64,000 bases of DNA from Spirochaetota bacterium. Its GTDB lineage: Bacteria > Spirochaetota > UBA4802 > UBA5550. The notes beneath the pieces are model-generated. The model saw nothing but the letters and a program-made list of their open reading frames with translations, had not been told where the DNA came from and made no database searches. Both the position numbers and the translations under genes were made by a program. Position 1 is the first letter of the stretch. Each line of letters starts with the position of its first letter. The stretch covers positions 2,592,001-2,656,000 of the forward strand of contig OY760686.1 of the NCBI GenBank assembly GCA_963663865.1, given 5' to 3'. Positions 41,551 through 51,173 of the stretch are shown one piece after another.

Positions 41551-41679
41551 TCAGTTCCTTGCTCTACGGTCCTTTCTGTTCACCGGAATTGCGATCAAAA
41601 CAGATGTTCTATTATTAGCAAAAATGACCCTGAATAGCAGACATAACCCTGAGACCCATAGTATTATAAATGAACTCAT
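41551..41679 (-). CDS. Unannotated 42-aa small membrane protein
   Basis: MSSFIILWVSGLCLLFRVIFANNRTSVLIAIPVNRKDRRARN; GGAGG SD 6 nt upstream; sigma28-like promoter upstream. Confidence 0.6.
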   Translation of the reverse strand: MSSFIILWVSGLCLLFRVIFANNRTSVLIAIPVNRKDRRARN

Positions 41680-41713
41680 TATCAACCTCCGTTATATACT
41701 ACATATACATATA

Positions 41714-41740
41714 GTATCGGCCAACTGTCAAGAATATTTA
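41714..41740 (-). promoter_or_regulatory. Putative sigma28 promoter
   Basis: TAAA-N15-GCCGATAC, near-consensus; overlaps a TTGACA at 41726-41731. Confidence 0.55.
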
Positions 41741-41762
41741 CTATATTTATGTGTAGCTATAC

Positions 41763-41788
41763 AAAAAGGGCCCCAGAAGGGGCCCTTT
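41763..41788 (-). terminator. Terminator after leuA
   Basis: AAAGGGCCCC-TTCT-GGGGCCCTTTTT. Confidence 0.85.
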
Positions 41789-41807
41789 GGAAGTTTTGAA
41801 TCACTTT

Positions 41808-43388
41808 TTAAAGCGCGACATTGTGAATGCCCTTATCCCTCACTCCGGATTTTTTCATGTACTCAATTTTATTAAGGGCGTCAACAAAGCATACAATTCC
41901 GGCGATTGAAATATCAACATGCTTTCCGGTTCCGAAGACCCTTATCTGTCTTCCGTCATGCTCCTCAACTACGGTAGCAGAAACCTCCGAGAGGGCATCC
42001 GAACCGCCTGTAATGGCCACAAGATTAAAAGACTCTATGTAGGCTGCTGTGTTCGTAATTTTTTTAACGGCATTAACACCGGCGTCAACACCTCCGTTTC
42101 CGTGGGCAACCTCAAAAAGGTCTTCCCTTTTCTCGTAATGATCCCTCAGAGTAACAAGCGTCATGGGCGGCGAAAACATACCAGTGGAGATTTGTACATT
42201 CTGTACCTTATAACGCCTTCTCTGCTCTTCCTTGTTCATTGATTCGCCTATCAAAGCAATGAGATCTTCATCAAAAACCTGCTTTTTCTTGTCGGCCAGC
42301 GCCTTGAAGTATTTGAAGAACCTGTCAATTTCCTCTGATGAAAGTTCAAATCCAAGCTCGTTAAGCCTGTTTAGTACCGCGTGCCTTCCTGAATGCTTGC
42401 CGAGAACAAGTGAAGACCTGTTTATTCCGACATCTTCCGGCTTCATTATCTCGTAGGTCATGGCGTTCTTGAGTACTCCATCCTGGTGTATACCCGACTC
42501 ATGCGAGAAGGCGTTTGCCCCTACAATTGCCTTGTTCGGCTGCACTGACACCCCAGTGATACTGGTCAGCAGCTTGCTGGTAGTCATTATCTGTTTTGTG
42601 TTTATGCCTGTAGTGAGATTGAAGATATCGCTTCTTGTCTTGATAGCCATGACGACCTCTTCCATCGCGGTGTTTCCGGCCCTCTCTCCTATTCCGTTTA
42701 CGGTACACTCAACCTGCCTCGCACCGGCTTCAATTGCGGAAAGCGCGTTAGCTCCAGCAAGCCCGAGGTCGTTGTGACAGTGTACGGATATTACCGCCTT
42801 ATCAATATTAGGTACATTTTGTTTCAGGTAGCTGATAATCTTGAAAAATTCTGTTGGTATGGTATATCCTACCGTGTCAGGAATATTAACAGTGGTAACA
42901 CCAGCGTCAATAACAAGCTCAACCATCTTCGCGAGATATGCAAGATCGCTTCTTGTAGCGTCCATTGGGGAAAACTCAATGTTGCTCAAATACTTTTTAG
43001 CGTGTTTTACAGCAGCTACCGCGAGTTCGAGAACCTCTTCACGCGTCTTCTTCAGCTGGTACTCGATGTGAATATCGGAACTCGAAATAAAGGTGTGTAT
43101 CCTTGGATTTTTTGCACCCTTCAGAGCCTCCCAGGCAGCGTCTATGTCCTTGAAATTTGCCCTGGCAAGGCCGGCAACCTGGGCATTCTTAACCTTTGCC
43201 GATATCTTCTGTACCGCCTCAAAATCGCCATCGGAAATCACCGGGAAGCCGGCTTCAATTACATCAACGCCGAGCTTCTCAAGCTGCTCAGCGAATAAAA
43301 GCTTTTCCTCTATATTCATGCTGAATCCAGGGGATTGTTCCCCATCGCGCAATGTTGTATCAAAAATTATTATTCTTTCTCCGGACAT
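41808..43388 (-). CDS. leuA: 2-isopropylmalate synthase
   Basis: FDTTLRDGEQSPG, HCHNDLG, HESGIHQDG, LGKHSGR; start MSGERIII at 43388 with AGGAGG SD. Confidence 0.97.
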   Translation of the reverse strand: MSGERIIIFDTTLRDGEQSPGFSMNIEEKLLFAEQLEKLGVDVIEAGFPVISDGDFEAVQKISAKVKNAQVAGLARANFKDIDAAWEALKGAKNPRIHTFISSSDIHIEYQLKKTREEVLELAVAAVKHAKKYLSNIEFSPMDATRSDLAYLAKMVELVIDAGVTTVNIPDTVGYTIPTEFFKIISYLKQNVPNIDKAVISVHCHNDLGLAGANALSAIEAGARQVECTVNGIGERAGNTAMEEVVMAIKTRSDIFNLTTGINTKQIMTTSKLLTSITGVSVQPNKAIVGANAFSHESGIHQDGVLKNAMTYEIMKPEDVGINRSSLVLGKHSGRHAVLNRLNELGFELSSEEIDRFFKYFKALADKKKQVFDEDLIALIGESMNKEEQRRRYKVQNVQISTGMFSPPMTLVTLRDHYEKREDLFEVAHGNGGVDAGVNAVKKITNTAAYIESFNLVAITGGSDALSEVSATVVEEHDGRQIRVFGTGKHVDISIAGIVCFVDALNKIEYMKKSGVRDKGIHNVAL

Positions 43389-43602
43389 CACTTTCCTCCT
43401 TATCATCGACGTGCTGATAGTCTCAGTCGATATTTTGTTAAATTTTTTAAACAAGTTTTAATATTCGTTTTTCAACAATTTTAAAGACATCAACTATGTC
43501 TTCCGGTTGCATTTTTTCTCAAATTATGAGATAAATCACCAACAGCTTTTGAGCATACATGAGAATTCAGCTTTCATTCCCCTTCACCTCCTGCGAAAGC
43601 AT

Positions 43603-43635
43603 AAAAAAAGCCGCCCCGGTTCCGGGACGGCTTTT
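43603..43635 (-). terminator. Attenuator terminator of the leu leader
   Basis: AAAAGCCGTCCCGG-AA-CCGGGGCGGCTTTTTTT. Confidence 0.9.
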
Positions 43636-43657
43636 GATCTTTCGACTTACTCAGGCA

Positions 43658-43729
43658 TCACGAACCGGCTCCACGTTTTGCGGGGAGTAGAAGGAGGCCG
43701 AGAAGAAGATTATTACTCATTTTTTTCAT
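43658..43729 (-). CDS. leuL: Leucine attenuator leader peptide
   Basis: MKKMSNNLLLGLLLLPAKRGAGS: 7 Leu in 8 codons, AAGGA SD, followed by a terminator upstream of leuA. Confidence 0.85.
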   Translation of the reverse strand: MKKMSNNLLLGLLLLPAKRGAGS

Positions 43730-43787
43730 TCGTTCGTTCCTTCAGTCCATAATGATTATCAAACACCTATACTAAAGCTTCATTTTG

Positions 43788-44387
43788 TCAAGAAAAATAT
43801 TTTACCCTGCCCTCTATAGGGCTGAATGTCTTCTCACCCGGCTCTGACTGCGGTTTCCCGAATACGAGCTGAGAATATAGACGCCAGCTTTCAGGTAGAT
43901 TCCATTCACGGGCGACCTCCGTGTCAATCAGCGGGTTGTAGTGCTGCAGTGACGCCCCGAACCCCTCATCTTCAAGGGCTGTCCATGCTATATACTGGGT
44001 CATTCCGGACGATTGAAGCGAAAAAAACGGAAACGCATCGGCATAAAGCGGAAAGTCCGCCTGAAGCTTCTTAACGACTTGCTGATCTTCAAAGAAAAGT
44101 ATGGTGCCAGCTCCGTTTTTAAAGCCCTGCAGTTTTTTTTCAGTTTGTTCAAAAGCATCTTCAGGAACAACTTTTTTAAGTACAGACACAACAATGTCCC
44201 AGAGCCTGGAGTGATTTTTCCCAAGCAGTATGACCGCCCTTGCGCTCTGGGAATTAAAGGCGGATGGTGCGTGTGTAACTGAATGCTCCACTATCTCCCT
44301 GACCCTCTCAGGAGAAACAACCATCTCATTGTTTATATCGTAATAGCTTCTTCTGTTTTCTACCGCTTCCTTAAATGACTTAACCAT
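43788..44387 (-). CDS. Nitroreductase family protein (Frm2/Hbn1-like)
   Basis: RRSYY, PSAFNSQSAR, GASLQHYNPLID. Confidence 0.93.
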   Translation of the reverse strand: MVKSFKEAVENRRSYYDINNEMVVSPERVREIVEHSVTHAPSAFNSQSARAVILLGKNHSRLWDIVVSVLKKVVPEDAFEQTEKKLQGFKNGAGTILFFEDQQVVKKLQADFPLYADAFPFFSLQSSGMTQYIAWTALEDEGFGASLQHYNPLIDTEVAREWNLPESWRLYSQLVFGKPQSEPGEKTFSPIEGRVKYFS

Positions 44388-44573
44388 AATGTTCCTCCTT
44401 TCCGAGATATTACTCTCTTAGATATATATTTGATAAAAATGTTAAATTTTTCTTATCACAAAAGTTAATATCCCGCCACAAAAATATTATAGAATAGTGA
44501 AAACTTAATTTGCTTGCAAAAATAGTGTCTGATGTTCTATTGATTGGCTGCGCATTGACATGGAGGAACAACG

Positions 44574-44819
44574 ATGAAGATTGCCACTGAAATCGACACT
44601 ATGATGCTGGAGCTTACAAGAAACGGGACAGCCCCCCGCTATCTTGTTATAGGTATAAACCAGTTTGAGCGGCTGGTACTTGAGGTTGCCGACAAAGGTC
44701 AGGACATTAAAAACAGTATGCAGTACATGGGGTGTGATATTATTATCACTCAAAGCGACATTATTGAACTGGCTGCCGACGCGGCTACTCAGATGAGGCG
44801 TCTTTCCGGAAGGCATTAA
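44574..44819 (+). CDS. Small hypothetical protein
   Basis: 81 aa, GGAGG SD, protein-like composition. Confidence 0.7.
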   Translation: MKIATEIDTMMLELTRNGTAPRYLVIGINQFERLVLEVADKGQDIKNSMQYMGCDIIITQSDIIELAADAATQMRRLSGRH

Positions 44820-44844
44820 GATATTTTGGTTAACTCAGTCATCT

Positions 44845-45425
44845 GGCAGAGGGCCTGCCTGTCTTTTTTCACACTGAGAGTGTGAGACCTTTTTTCGTTA
44901 CTTTCTTTTTTCGATCCAAAAAAGAAAGTAACCAAAGAAAAAGGGATCTCCTGCGCGGAGGGCGATGGGACATCCATGTCCAAAGAATTAGTCACTGTGA
45001 AATAATATATTGAGAGATTGCTTTATTTAGTCAGGCTCCTTTGGAGCCGGAAAGCGCAGCGTCCTGCTGCGCTTGAGTAAGTAATTCTCTGATTACACGT
45101 AGTAATTGATTTTATATTTCCGCCATTGTGTTCCCCGAAGGCTTTTCCGCCGTCCTGGCGGCCATCGGCACTAAAACATCCTGTTTGTCGGAATATCTCG
45201 CAGTCGGCCGCGGGATAATGCGCTGCGTTTATTTGAGCACCCGGTAGAGCCTCCCAATTTGGGCGGCTCTACCTCGCCGTGACACGCAGCGCCCCGCGTG
45301 TGAATGATATGCGCCCCGCGCGTAAATGTGAGTACGCTCCGTACAAAAAAACATTCATGAAGTGAAAAGAAAGTCTTCGCAGAGCAGTTTTTTGACTCCT
45401 TTTCTTATAAAAGAAAAGGAGTGAG
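44845..45425. repeat. Structured intergenic repeat, copy 1 (GTAG-type REP hairpin plus GGA hairpins)
   Basis: Ends match the reverse complement of 61195-61622: GCCTGCCTGTCTTTTT..CAC.CTGAGAG and GCACCCGGTAGAGCC.CCCAATTTGGGCGGCT..TACCTC.CCGTGACACGCAGCGC. Confidence 0.8.
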
Positions 45426-45427
45426 AA

Positions 45428-46858
45428 TCAGTACCTGTAATGCTCAGGCTTATACGGTCCCTCAGGGTTTACCCCGATGTAGTCAGCCTGTTCCTTACTA
45501 AGAACAGTAAGCTTTACACCAAGCTTGGGCAGGTGAAGCCTGGCCACCTCCTCGTCAAGCTCCTTCGGAAGAGTATAAACCTTAACGTCATGGTTCTGAG
45601 TTGCAAGCGCAATCTGAGCAAGAGCCTGGTTGGTAAAGCTGTTGCTCATTACAAAGCTCGGATGTCCGGTAGCGCATCCCAGGTTCACAAGACGGCCCTC
45701 AGCCAGAATGATAATCGAACGGCCGGATTTGAGACGCCACCTGTCAACCTGGGGCTTGATGGTATCCTTAACACAATCGGCACTGTCTTCAAGGTATGCC
45801 ATATCAATCTCGTTGTCAAAGTGGCCTATATTGCAGACAATAGCACCCTCTTTCATTTTTTCCATGTGCCCGCCGGTAATAACCCTGAGATTGCCGGTAG
45901 CTGTTACAAAGATATCAGCCTCTCCTACTGCATCGTCCATAGTAACCACTTCGTACCCTTCCATAGCAGCCTGAAGTGCACAGATAGGATCTATCTCAGT
46001 TACGAGCACCCGCGCCCCAAATCCCCTCATTGACTGAGCGCATCCCTTACCGACATCTCCATAACCGCATACTACAACGATTTTTCCAGCGACCATAATG
46101 TCGGTAGCGCGCTTGATTCCATCAGCAAGCGACTCCCGGCATCCGTACAAATTGTCAAACTTGGATTTTGTAACCGAGTCGTTTACATTGATAGCCGGGA
46201 ATAGAAGCTCTCCGGTTTTATACATATGATACAGCCTGTGTACACCAGTCGTTGTTTCTTCAGAAACACCTTTGATTGAAGAAGCTATCTTCGTCCACTT
46301 GTCAGGAACATGCTTCAGACTTTCACGCACCCTTCCCATGACTATGGCAAATTCCTTGTTGTCGATTTTCTTTTCGAGTATTGAGGGATCCTTTTCAGCT
46401 TTTACACCCTGATGAACAAGCATTGTAGCATCGCCCCCGTCATCAACAATCAGATCTGGACCGGACCCATCAGGCCATGTCATGGCCTGTTCTGTACACC
46501 ACCAGTACTCCTCAAGAGTTTCGCCTTTCCAGGCAAAAACCTTTGCAGTTCCGGCCGCAACAATCGCCGCGGCGGCATGGTCCTGCGTCGAAAAGATATT
46601 GCACGATGCCCATCGCACATCAGCTCCCAATTCCTTCAGCGTCTCTATCAGCACCGCTGTCTGGATAGTCATATGAAGGCTGCCCATGACTTTGAGCCCC
46701 TTCAGAGGTTTCTGCGGGCCGTACTTCCTGCGTACAGCCATAAGGCCCGGCATCTCATCCTCCGCGAGTCCAATCTCCTTGCGTCCCCAATCAGCAAGTG
46801 ACATATCCGCTACTTTGTTTTCAAGTGAAGGATTAAGCTCCATAAATTTCTCTGACAT
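45428..46858 (-). CDS. ahcY: S-adenosylhomocysteine hydrolase
   Basis: [47 protein letters not shown]. Confidence 0.99.
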   Translation of the reverse strand: MSEKFMELNPSLENKVADMSLADWGRKEIGLAEDEMPGLMAVRRKYGPQKPLKGLKVMGSLHMTIQTAVLIETLKELGADVRWASCNIFSTQDHAAAAIVAAGTAKVFAWKGETLEEYWWCTEQAMTWPDGSGPDLIVDDGGDATMLVHQGVKAEKDPSILEKKIDNKEFAIVMGRVRESLKHVPDKWTKIASSIKGVSEETTTGVHRLYHMYKTGELLFPAINVNDSVTKSKFDNLYGCRESLADGIKRATDIMVAGKIVVVCGYGDVGKGCAQSMRGFGARVLVTEIDPICALQAAMEGYEVVTMDDAVGEADIFVTATGNLRVITGGHMEKMKEGAIVCNIGHFDNEIDMAYLEDSADCVKDTIKPQVDRWRLKSGRSIIILAEGRLVNLGCATGHPSFVMSNSFTNQALAQIALATQNHDVKVYTLPKELDEEVARLHLPKLGVKLTVLSKEQADYIGVNPEGPYKPEHYRY

Positions 46859-46885
46859 ATTATTCTCCTCGTACTTTATTTGATT

Positions 46886-47827
46886 TTATTGCACTTTTAC
46901 CGCGTGAAAGAAATTAGCTGTAAGCGCACCCGCAGCCGGCAGCTGTTCTGCTTTGATAATATCCATATTCGCGGTTTTTATCCAGCCTTTAATCTCATCT
47001 ATTTCAAAACCGAGCCTCCTGTGCCGGAAGACTGTCCGCATCCTCTCATCGTTGTGCGAATTGAGATCAATGATAAAAAGACTCCCCTTACCGCTCAGTG
47101 CCCTGCACGCCTCCTCGATGGCTCTCGCCGGCTCATCAAGATAATGAAGCACCATAGAAATAATCACGACATCCGCCTCACCGTCTCTTACAGGCAGGTG
47201 TTCAAGTTCGCCGATTCTGAATTCCGCGCGTTCTTTACCGGCAAACCTCTTCCTGGCAACGGCTATCATGGCGTCAGAGCTGTCTATTCCGATGACCCGC
47301 GACGCTTGAGCGTACATCTGTTCAAGAAGGCCCCCCGTCCCGCACCCCAGGTCAGCGATTATCCTGTTTTTTTCAATCAAGGGGAGGATAATGGCTGCTG
47401 CGTCAAGGCTGCCCACCATCTTCTTCCTGACATCGTCCCATTCGGGAGCTATGTCTTCGAAGTACATCGCCTTCTCCTTGCCGCGCGCACTGATGACCGC
47501 CCGCAGCCTGGCCCTGTCAGCTTCGAAGTGCTCTTCATTTTCAAGCAGCTCACTGCACAGGGCTGCGGGCGCGGCAGAGCCGCTCCCCGCTTCCGCGGGG
47601 TCATCAGCGCGCGCCGCTCTGTAAAAAACCCATAGCCCGTCCCTTCGCGATTCAAGAAGCCCGCTCTCGGCAAGTATCTTCAGGTGCCTCGATATGCGGC
47701 TCTGTCCCATGTCAAGCACCGTGGTTATTTCGTAAACGTTGAGCTCAGACAGACTCAGTATGTTCATGAGCCTTATCCTGGTTTCGTCCGCGAGAGCCTT
47801 GAATATTAAAAGTGGATTCATTTTCAT
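46886..47827 (-). CDS. sahR: ArsR-HTH + SAM methyltransferase-domain regulator (SahR-like)
   Basis: KALADETRIRL...GQSRISRHLKIL HTH; ADLGCGTG motif; immediately upstream of ahcY. Confidence 0.88.
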   Translation of the reverse strand: MKMNPLLIFKALADETRIRLMNILSLSELNVYEITTVLDMGQSRISRHLKILAESGLLESRRDGLWVFYRAARADDPAEAGSGSAAPAALCSELLENEEHFEADRARLRAVISARGKEKAMYFEDIAPEWDDVRKKMVGSLDAAAIILPLIEKNRIIADLGCGTGGLLEQMYAQASRVIGIDSSDAMIAVARKRFAGKERAEFRIGELEHLPVRDGEADVVIISMVLHYLDEPARAIEEACRALSGKGSLFIIDLNSHNDERMRTVFRHRRLGFEIDEIKGWIKTANMDIIKAEQLPAAGALTANFFHAVKVQ

Positions 47828-47833
47828 ATTACT

Positions 47834-47853
47834 ATATAAGGATATATTGATAT
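47834..47853. promoter_or_regulatory. SahR operator (autoregulatory)
   Basis: ATATAAGGATATATTGATAT, a 20-bp imperfect palindrome resembling ATATCAA-N6-TTGATAT, 6 nt from the sahR start. Confidence 0.7.
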
Positions 47854-47993
47854 AATAACAAAATACCCCTTACCGTCAACAATTATTTTCAAAATTCTCC
47901 TGCGCTCCATACAATTCGCACATTATCGGCTTCTTTGTCTTGACTTGACCGAAAATATATGCTTAACGTCTTAAAAAAGTCAGGGTTAAAAAA

Positions 47994-48734
47994 ATGATGA
48001 TGACCTTCCTCCTCGCTTTCCTGTTGACCGCAGGGTCCGTAAGTGCTGAAACGGCGCGCGACATTGTGAAAAAAGCTGATGAGCTTATCAGGTCAAAGAG
48101 CTCCTATTCTGTAGTGGAAATGACCATTGTTAAACCCGGCTGGTCACGCACGATGTCTATGAAGCTGTGGGCGCTTGAGCCCGACTACGCCCTCATATAT
48201 GTTTCATCACCCGCCAGAGACAAAGGAACTGTGACCCTGAAGAGAAAAAACGAAGTGTGGAACTGGCTGCCTTCCGTCCAGCGCGTTATAAAAATACCGC
48301 CGTCTATGATGCTTCAGTCCTGGATGGGCTCCGATTTCACAAATGACGACCTGGTACGGGAATCATCCGTTGTAAACGACTACACCCACTCCCTTATCGG
48401 CGAAGAGACCATGAACGGATATAAATGTCACAAGATAAAAATGACTCCAAAACCAGAGGCGGGGGTTGTGTGGGGCAAAATCATCGTATGGATTTCGAAG
48501 GACAGATACCTCCAAACAAAGGCTGACTACTACAGCGAGGACGGCAAAAAGGTTAAGACCTTTACGGGCAGCATGGAAAGAAAAATGGGCGGAAGAAGCA
48601 TATTCGCAAAGTGGGAAATGATTCCGGAGAACAAGCCGGGAAACAGGACAATCCTTGAATATAAGGAAATTATTTTTAACTATAAAGTCAGGCAGTCGTA
48701 TTTCTCAGAGCAGAACATGAAGCGGGTCAGATAG
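47994..48734 (+). CDS. Outer-membrane lipoprotein-sorting protein (LolA-like)
   Basis: PARDKGTVTLK, WNWLPS, QSWMGSDFTNDDL. Confidence 0.9.
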   Translation: MMMTFLLAFLLTAGSVSAETARDIVKKADELIRSKSSYSVVEMTIVKPGWSRTMSMKLWALEPDYALIYVSSPARDKGTVTLKRKNEVWNWLPSVQRVIKIPPSMMLQSWMGSDFTNDDLVRESSVVNDYTHSLIGEETMNGYKCHKIKMTPKPEAGVVWGKIIVWISKDRYLQTKADYYSEDGKKVKTFTGSMERKMGGRSIFAKWEMIPENKPGNRTILEYKEIIFNYKVRQSYFSEQNMKRVR

Positions 48735-48736
48735 AA

Positions 48737-49957
48737 ATGAAAACCCTGTTCACTCTGGCATGGCGCAACATCTGGAGAAACAAACGCAGAACTCTGATCG
48801 CGTCAGCCTCGGTCTTTTTCGCGGTTTTGCTGAGCCTCGTTATGAGGTCCATGCAGCAGGGATACTACGACTACATGATCGACGCATCCGTAAGAACTTA
48901 CACCGGCCATATTCAGATTCACGGCAGAGACTACTGGGAGAAGAGGTCTTTAGAGGAAAGCATGACCGTGTCATCGGACCTTGAAGCCTCGATACGTTCA
49001 CTTGATGCGGTTGAACAGACTGTTCCAAGGCTTGAATGCTTTGCCCTGCTTGCTAAAGAAAAATCGACAAGAGTGGCAATGATTTCCGGGATTGTTCCTG
49101 ACCTGGAAAACAGGCTCACCGGACTTAAAGGCAAGCTTGTTGAGGGAAACTATCCTGATATAAACTCAAAGGGAATACTTCTCGGAGAAGGGCTTGCCCG
49201 CCGCCTCAGGGCAAAAACTGGCGATGAGATTGTCATTTACGGCCAGGGCTATCACGGAGTCACAGCCGCGGCGCTCGTTCCGGTCGAAGGCATCGTCAAA
49301 TTTCCGATTCCCGATCAAAACAGGACATTTTCGTATATGGCACTTCCCGAAGCCCAGTGGATATTCAGCGCTTTCGACCGGATTACTTCAATCTCGATAA
49401 TGGCAAAAAGTACCGACGCGATACCCGGCATAACATCTGCCCTGAAGAAAAAGCTCTCCGATCAGTATGAAGTCATGTCCTGGAAGGAGCTGACACCGGA
49501 GCTGGTTCAAGCCATTGAGATCGACAACGCTCAGGGCCTCATCATGTCAGGCATTCTATATCTCGTGATTGCCTTTGGTGTTTTCGGCACGGTAATGATG
49601 ATGACAACTGAGAGACTCAGAGAGTTCGGCATACTCATTTCAGTCGGCATGATGAAGAGCAGGCTCATATTCGTTGCCTTTCTGGAAACCCTGTTCGTGT
49701 CGTTCATGGGCGTCATCGCTGGAAGCATTTCCGGGCTTCCGCTGATTGTTTACTACTCGAACAATCCGATAACACTTTCAGGCGAATACGCTGAAGCGAT
49801 TCTTGCTTTCGGTTTCGATCCGATAATCCCCTTTGCGTTGAATGGCGGCATCTTTCTTTCACAGGCAGCAGTTGTGCTGATAATTGCTCTGTTTTCAGGT
49901 CTCTATCCCTTAAATTTCATCAGAAAAATTAAACCCGCTGAAGCGGTAAGGGGCTGA
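48737..49957 (+). CDS. FtsX/LolE-like ABC permease
   Basis: LAWRNIWRNKRRT, ERLREFGILISVGM. Confidence 0.92.
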   Translation: MKTLFTLAWRNIWRNKRRTLIASASVFFAVLLSLVMRSMQQGYYDYMIDASVRTYTGHIQIHGRDYWEKRSLEESMTVSSDLEASIRSLDAVEQTVPRLECFALLAKEKSTRVAMISGIVPDLENRLTGLKGKLVEGNYPDINSKGILLGEGLARRLRAKTGDEIVIYGQGYHGVTAAALVPVEGIVKFPIPDQNRTFSYMALPEAQWIFSAFDRITSISIMAKSTDAIPGITSALKKKLSDQYEVMSWKELTPELVQAIEIDNAQGLIMSGILYLVIAFGVFGTVMMMTTERLREFGILISVGMMKSRLIFVAFLETLFVSFMGVIAGSISGLPLIVYYSNNPITLSGEYAEAILAFGFDPIIPFALNGGIFLSQAAVVLIIALFSGLYPLNFIRKIKPAEAVRG

Positions 49958-49958
49958 C

Positions 49959-51173
49959 ATGCTTTTCACCCTCGCCTGGAGAAATATCTGGCGCAACAGA
50001 AAGAGAAGCCTAATCCTATATGCCGGAATATCATCAGGCCTTCTTCTGGGGCTCTTCTCCTGCGCCATGATGTTTGGAATGGGAGAAACATTTATCAGGT
50101 CATCAATCGACAGGGACCTTGGCCACGCCCAGATTCATACCCGGGAATATGCCTCAGACAGACAGCCTGAACTTTATATTCGCAGCTACAGGAAAATACT
50201 GAAATCTCTCACCGGCTTTGCAGAAATATCAGCCGCCGCGCCGAGAACTATAATCGAAGGCATGGCTGCTTCTGCCGCATCTTCTACAGGAATAAGTATA
50301 ATCGGGATAGAGCCGTCACTTGAAAAGAAAGTGACATCCATTCACAAAAATATTATTTCCGGCGGCTACCTGGACAGCGGTTCAGATGACAGCATTGTCG
50401 TGGGCCGCAAGCTGGCTGAATCACTCAATATCGCAAATGGTTCAAAGGTTGTCCTCAGTTTTCCCGATCTTGAAGGCAACATAATCTATGCCGCATTCAG
50501 AATTAAGGGCATTTTTAAGACCGACTCTTCTTCTTTCGACAAAACGCACGTTTTCATAAAAGCTTCTGAGCTGTTTTCCCTTCTCGGTTCGGAGGAAATC
50601 TGCCACGCTATCATAATAAAGTCATCATCAGCGGCTGAGGCTGAAAAAGCGCTCATAAGGCTTAAAACATCCTTGCAGGACCTGTCAGTGAGGGGATGGA
50701 AAGAGCTTGCGCCTGAACTAAAGATGATCGATGAGATGATTGCAACACAGCTCAATATCTTCCTCGGCATCATCCTGCTCGCCCTTCTTTTCGGCATCAC
50801 AAACACAATGCTCATGTCCGTGTTGGAGAGAATCCGTGAAATAGGCGTGCTTATGGCAATCGGCATGAAGCGAAGCCGGGTTTTTCTGATGATAATCATG
50901 GAAACAGTTACTCTGTCGCTCGCCGGAGGGGCAACAGGAATGCTTCTCGCTTTAATAGCGGTTAATGCCACCGGAATAACAGGCATAGATCTCTCGGCTT
51001 TTTCTGAAGGCCTGTCTTCGTGGGACATCAGCCCCATTATCTATCCTGTACTGCCGGGTTTCTTCTACGCATCAATAACGATAATGACAATTGTTACCGC
51101 AGTAACAGCCGCTGTTTACCCGGCGGCAAAGGCCGTTCGGTTAAACCCGTCAGCGGTAATTAGAACATCATAG
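49959..51173 (+). CDS. FtsX/LolE-like ABC permease
   Basis: LAWRNIWRNRKRS, ERIREIGVLMAIGM. Confidence 0.92.
   Translation: MLFTLAWRNIWRNRKRSLILYAGISSGLLLGLFSCAMMFGMGETFIRSSIDRDLGHAQIHTREYASDRQPELYIRSYRKILKSLTGFAEISAAAPRTIIEGMAASAASSTGISIIGIEPSLEKKVTSIHKNIISGGYLDSGSDDSIVVGRKLAESLNIANGSKVVLSFPDLEGNIIYAAFRIKGIFKTDSSSFDKTHVFIKASELFSLLGSEEICHAIIIKSSSAAEAEKALIRLKTSLQDLSVRGWKELAPELKMIDEMIATQLNIFLGIILLALLFGITNTMLMSVLERIREIGVLMAIGMKRSRVFLMIIMETVTLSLAGGATGMLLALIAVNATGITGIDLSAFSEGLSSWDISPIIYPVLPGFFYASITIMTIVTAVTAAVYPAAKAVRLNPSAVIRTS

Noticed and set aside
41598-41609. GAAC-N4-GTTT LexA (Cheo-like) box upstream of recA
   Set aside because: About 300 bp from recA, inside the small ORF, and the LexA motif of this lineage is unknown.
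44845-45425. CRISPR array or SAH/SAM riboswitch near ahcY
   Set aside because: No regularly spaced identical repeats, and the region is downstream, not upstream, of ahcY.
46880-47635. 251-aa plus-strand ORF and the many other antisense ORFs in the track
   Set aside because: Shadow ORFs opposite well-supported genes.
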